From Balamuthia mandrillaris (taxonomy: Eukaryota), in the NCBI GenBank assembly GCA_031835245.2, contig JAVKOQ020000024.1:1-64000 (forward strand): a DNA stretch of 64,000 nucleotides, read 5' to 3'. The notes below the pieces were generated by a model. The model was not told where the DNA came from. It saw only the letters and a list, made by a program, of their open reading frames with translations, and searched no databases. How positions within the stretch are numbered: the first letter of the stretch is position 1; each line of letters opens with the position of its first letter. The position numbers and the translations under genes are program-made. Positions 59,401-64,000 of the stretch are shown here, piece after piece.

Positions 59401-62400
59401 CGTTCACTCTCCACTCACCACTCAGACTGTCTTCCTCTCTTGCTTAGAGAGCCATAAAACGGTGAGCAGTCGCAGCGGCTTTGCTGTTGATACCAGCTCC
59501 ATTCTTGCCAAACACTCCAGCAAACGCATGAAAGCCATCAGTGATTTTGGAGGCGCTGGCTCTTCTGGTTCAGGTGGCAGTGGTGCTGCTTTTGGTGGTG
59601 GATTCTCTCCCTCTTCGTTGAATAGGTTGTTGGCTCATCAAGTCCCTCTTTTGGCTTTAAGAGTTTGTTCCCTCTTCCTTTATCTATTCTCCTTCTTTTG
59701 TCTGACTGTTTTTCCCCCTCTTTTCTCTCTTTCTCTCATTCACAATAGGGTTGTACTCCGGTTCCGTCTTCTGACTCAGACGAGCCACTCCGCTATGAAA
59801 TCAACGTGGGACGACGGGGTTGTGGCTCTGGCCTCGTCCATTGGGAGCTCACACTGGAGTATTCTCCTTCCATGTCGCTTACTTCCTCTTCCGCTCCATC
59901 TTCTCCCTCTCATGTTACTCCTATTTCTTCTGTTTCTTCCTCCCCACGAAGTTTGGCCCCACCCACCCCCTCGCCTTCTTCTCTTCTTCATTGTTATCTC
60001 CCTCGTCCTCTTCTCCTTCGTCATCATCTCCTTCCGCTTCTCTACCTTTGGAATACAAAGTATATTCTCTCAAAGACACGGACGATTCCTGGTTGACCCT
60101 CAGTCGCAACGGCGGCATACTGGAAAAGCTCGGTGATCGTCAACAGCTTGTGCTTACCTTCTCCACGGAGCGTATGGACTTTTACTCCACTTATGTCATC
60201 GTGGAAAACTTGGACAATCCCAAAGATGTCAAGTACATTAAAGTGGACTTGGAAGTAGTTGAGTCCAGTAACGCCTCTTACTTTAGCATCATCGTCGGCG
60301 GAGAGAAACTCGAGAACCCCACCATCGACATAGGAGAAGCCACCTATGCGCGAGTCAACCGCAACCACTCCTTCATCCTCTCCAACGACTCCAGAATGCC
60401 GCTCGACTTCTTGCTCAATGCTAACTTGAGCCCTCACGAAGCCACCGAAGTTGGCTTCTCTCTCTCCCGCACCTCATTGAAGCTGTTCAACGCTCTCACT
60501 ATTGACGCCATGAGCAGCGTTCGTGTCTTCATCCACTTCCATCCAAGAGAAGACGAGGAGTTGCACGAGTTGCTGAGCAAGAACCCCCGACATCCCATTC
60601 AAAGGACAAACGAAATTTACGTCAGTTGCAGCCTTGTGAAAGACTATCAACAGACCATCACGTTGAAGGCGACTTGCTATGCTAAACAACTGCAAGCCTC
60701 TCGAACTAGTCTCACCTTTTCTGGTTCGATCTTTCAATCAAAGGCGACAAACACGGACAAGGATAAGAACAAGGAGAATGAAAAGCTAAGCAAGGAGAAT
60801 AACAAAAAAAAGAACAAGAACGCGAAACGAGAGGACGATGATGGATTCGGAGTGACTATAGAGGAAAGCAGTCAACAAAAGGAACTTCAGGTGTTCAATC
60901 TTTGGGAAGATCCGTTGGAGTATTGCGTTCGTAACGATAGCTTGTTTTTCCTTGTGGAGGGACCTCTTGAAGAATTTCAACTTCAAGAGGGTTCAGGGAC
61001 CAAGGTGTCAGTAGAGAGTGATGTAGGAGGAGATAACATACGTGCTACCATTTGGGGAAAGGGTGCCTCTCATACTCTCATCATCAAACCGAACCTCGAA
61101 AACATCTACAAGAATCGCAAACTTTTCTTGAGGGTACTCTCCAATTCCTTTCTTCGTTGCTCTTTTCCATCTCTTCTCTCTCTCTCTCTCTCTCTCTCTG
61201 CTAATTCTGATTGGGTAACTGGAAAAACAACAGGAAAAATACATAGAAGAACATATCTCATTGTACAACAGAACTAGACCAAGCGAGAACTATTCAATCG
61301 GTGTGCTTCTCTCTCTAGGCAACTTCCCAAAGGACCTTCGCTTCTACACCAGCCCTGGCTTGAAGAATGCCTATCCTTACATGACGTTGGAGGAACGAAT
61401 CGCTTCCTTCCTTCGAAACTTTCGAGTGTTTTGGAAGGAAGCTCACGCCTCCCTTCTTGCCACTTCCAACTCGAGAAGACGTCATCGACGAGAACTAAGA
61501 GCATCCTCCTCTTCTTCATCATCTTCATCTTCTTTAGCTTCATCTAGAGAAGAAACGGAGAAGGAGAAAGAAAAAGAGGAAGATGAGCAAGTGGATAAGC
61601 TGAAGATGGAAAGAAAGCGAGAAAACGAACACAGAGAAGAAAACGGTGAATACGACGAAGAAGAAGAAAGAGAAGAACACGAAAAACAAGAAAGAAAGAG
61701 CGTAAATACGGAGGGAAGCACCGAAGGTTTAACTTTGGCCGGAACACAATCGTTGGAGCATGGACTTGTCGAGGCGCTACTGCGAAGCGTTTCTGCCACA
61801 GAGAGAAGCGGAACCTCAGACAACGAAATTATCGCGTTATTATTGTCACTACAACAACAAGAGAAAGAGAAAGCTAAAGTGGTGCACCAAGAAGAGCCGT
61901 TTGCCTCGTTATTGTTTGACTATCATTACATCACGGACGAGCTTGTCTTCTTTGGCTTGAAGAAGCAGGTTGGAAAGTTTGCCTTCCGTCTGGCTCATCT
62001 TGTTTACTGGTACGTTCTCTTCGTCTAGGGTTCTGCTTCTGCTTCTGCTTCTGTTTCTGCTTCTGCTTCTTTGAGATTTTTTTTGTTCTCTTATTGATTT
62101 TCTCCTCCCCAAAACGATAGCTCTTTGTTCCGGCACGAATTATTCAGAGAGAGGCAAAAGCATCGTTGGAGCATGTTTCCTGCTCAGTCGTTGCTTCTGC
62201 TGCACAAGATAAGCGCTGTTTGGGTGCAACGCCTCAGCTACTTCCTTCTCTTCTTCCCTGAACAAACCAGCGATCTCGACCTGCTGCGTATGCTGGAACG
62301 TAACCTCCGTCAACACTTGAATGTTCTGCAAAGTGTTGCTACAGCATCTGCTTCATCATCCTCTTCAACTTCTTCTCCATCCTCCTCCTCCAACTCCAAG

Positions 62401-62403
62401 TAA
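49152..62403 (+). CDS. Giant uncharacterised protein with many tandem Ig-like (ASH/MSP/PapD-like) modules; about 30 exons
   Basis: Consecutive + strand exons joined by GT-AG introns, with recurring [IL].FG......F.I.N signatures: LDIG..RKFTVIN, IAFDHC..KDFTIRN, LNFGDV..LLTIRN, INLGDC, LNFDNV..FVIKN, INFGTV..LVVNN, IELGKV..FYIKN, IDIGEA..FILSN. Stop TAA at 62401-62403. It could be split into more than one gene. Confidence 0.72.
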
Positions 62404-62428
62404 CAAAACTCTTGTTTAAAAACTCTAT

Positions 62429-62787
62429 TCAATAATTTTTTGGAGGAAGCAAGAACCGAAGAACAGAGTCCAAAACGAGCATGCCACGTTGCGTGGGATG
62501 AAGCGATAGTTCTTCCTCTTTGCCTCCTCTTCCTCCTCGTTCAAGAAAACCTTCTGTGATAAGTGTTTGTATTTTGTCTTCTCCAAAAGCCTTTTGTAGT
62601 CGTTGTTTAGCATGCGATGAAGGAGAAGCAAGAACGTTGAAAAAAAAACCTAACCTGATCGAAGGAAAGTCCATTCGAATGTTGCTTGAACCTCTGTTCA
62701 GAGATCCCTTGGCATAACCTAAGTCCATTCAACAGCACTTCCTGTAGCGTGCAATTATCAGTTTATGTTTGTCCAAGAGAAAAGCGA

Positions 62788-62831
<44 letters not shown>

Positions 62832-63695
62832 TCCGTTCTTCAGTTGTTAGAGTTTCATGCTCATCAATACCATGCCCTTTTCCTTCCACACTCTCCATCC
62901 ACTTGTTGTAATGCTTCACCTATGATATGACACATGTTTTTTAGAGAAGAAAGACTGAGACGATTACGAAAACTAGAACACAATGAACAAAGGAAAAGAA
63001 CAGACCTGTTTAAAGGCGTAACGAACGTTGTTGCCATCTGTCAAACGACCGGAAGCACCAGGGCCAGCACCTATCCAATCCTCGGAGTGCCAATACGCCA
63101 AGTTATGCCTTTTTTATTTTCGTTGTTATTGTTGTGTTGGTTTAATGTCGTTGGAAAGGGTTGAAAGGCAAAAACAAAAGCAACGGACCGACATTGCTGA
63201 CCATCCATCGCAAAGTTGGATACTTCGTATTGCTTGAAACCGGCCGCAGATGTCACTTGCTGCGTCACTTCGTATAGATCCGCTGCAAAGTCGTTTTCGA
63301 CCCATTCCACCTCTTTTTGTTTTGTTGGTGAGCAGCATAACCCAAAAAGATATCACGATAACGAGAAATGTAACCAAACTTGGTTTTCTGCTATCGCTGA
63401 TGCTGGGATGAAGAGCACGTCTGTAAAACTCGGTGCCCGGCTCAAGCGTTAACGTATAGAGCGACAAGTGTGAAGTTCCCAGCTTTACTGCCTCCTATTC
63501 TCGTTAACGTTGTTATTCAAAACGAGTACATAAAATACAAATGGACGAATAAGCAAAACGAAAAGCGAACCTGTAGTTCTTGTCGCCATAGCTCAGGCGT
63601 TTGTTTGCCGTGCCGAGCATAAATGAGGTCGAAAGATACTCTATCAAATAGTCCTAATGCTCCTTCTATCACTCGTTTGGCCTCCTTTAAGAGAG

Positions 63696-63740
<45 letters not shown>

Positions 63741-64000
63741 AAAGAAGAAGAACAGCATGAAGAATAAGTATCATAGAAAGAAGAACGAATTTGAGGATTG
63801 GAGAACCAAAGAACTAAGAATAATGAAGAAAGAAAATAAAAACCTGAACGGAATGCGCTCTGCCCAGGAAAGCAAGGTCATCCTCCCGCAACGACTGAAC
63901 GCCAATGCTCACCCTATTAACACCGCTTTGCTTAAAGTCTTTTAACTTTTTTGCTTCTGCTGACTGTTTTGTGCGCGTTTCGTTACATTTTAACACCCAA
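62429..64000 (-). CDS. RSAD1: Radical SAM heme chaperone HemW / RSAD1 (coproporphyrinogen III oxidase-like), 5' part beyond the window
   Basis: KLKDFKQSGVNRVSIGVQSL...LGRAHS, VSFDLIY, HLSLYTLTLEPGT, FKQYEVSNFA, HNLAYW...WIGAGPGASGRL, C-terminal PTQRGMLVLDSVL. Confidence 0.9.

Overview
Gene-dense, intron-rich eukaryotic nuclear DNA. It is most likely an amoebozoan protist (Acanthamoeba/Balamuthia-like); this is inferred from gene content, short GT-AG introns full of (CT)n microsatellites and low-complexity proteins, not proven. About 18 protein-coding genes are supported, in order: a SirB1/Transglut_core2 protein (partial), a PH+GRAM myotubularin, a single-pass receptor tyrosine-kinase-like kinase, an ARM + family-16 methyltransferase, TFIIH p62, an orphan low-complexity protein, an intronless long-N-terminal cyclin, an SDR, a Rab1-like GTPase, an ERMARD/DUF4209 protein, a PhyH dioxygenase, TXNDC9/PLP3, a UBR-box E3 ligase, a mitochondrial citrate carrier, an atypical DUSP, a Kelch/BC-box protein, a giant (~3,400 aa, estimated) multi-Ig-like-domain protein and RSAD1/HemW (partial). 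No rRNA, tRNA, CRISPR array or intact transposon was recognised. The most notable observations are: two unannotated, structured non-coding tracts (30.03-30.21 kb; 34.07-34.37 kb, the latter beginning with a degenerate HDV-ribozyme-like fold); a possible UGA-readthrough extension of the methyltransferase; a 16-nt micro-exon carrying the DUSP catalytic cysteine; A-rich rather than pyrimidine-rich 3' splice sites; and two recurrent palindromic promoter motifs (TGTCGACA, TGACGTCA). Gene spans include introns, and exon boundaries were called by eye.
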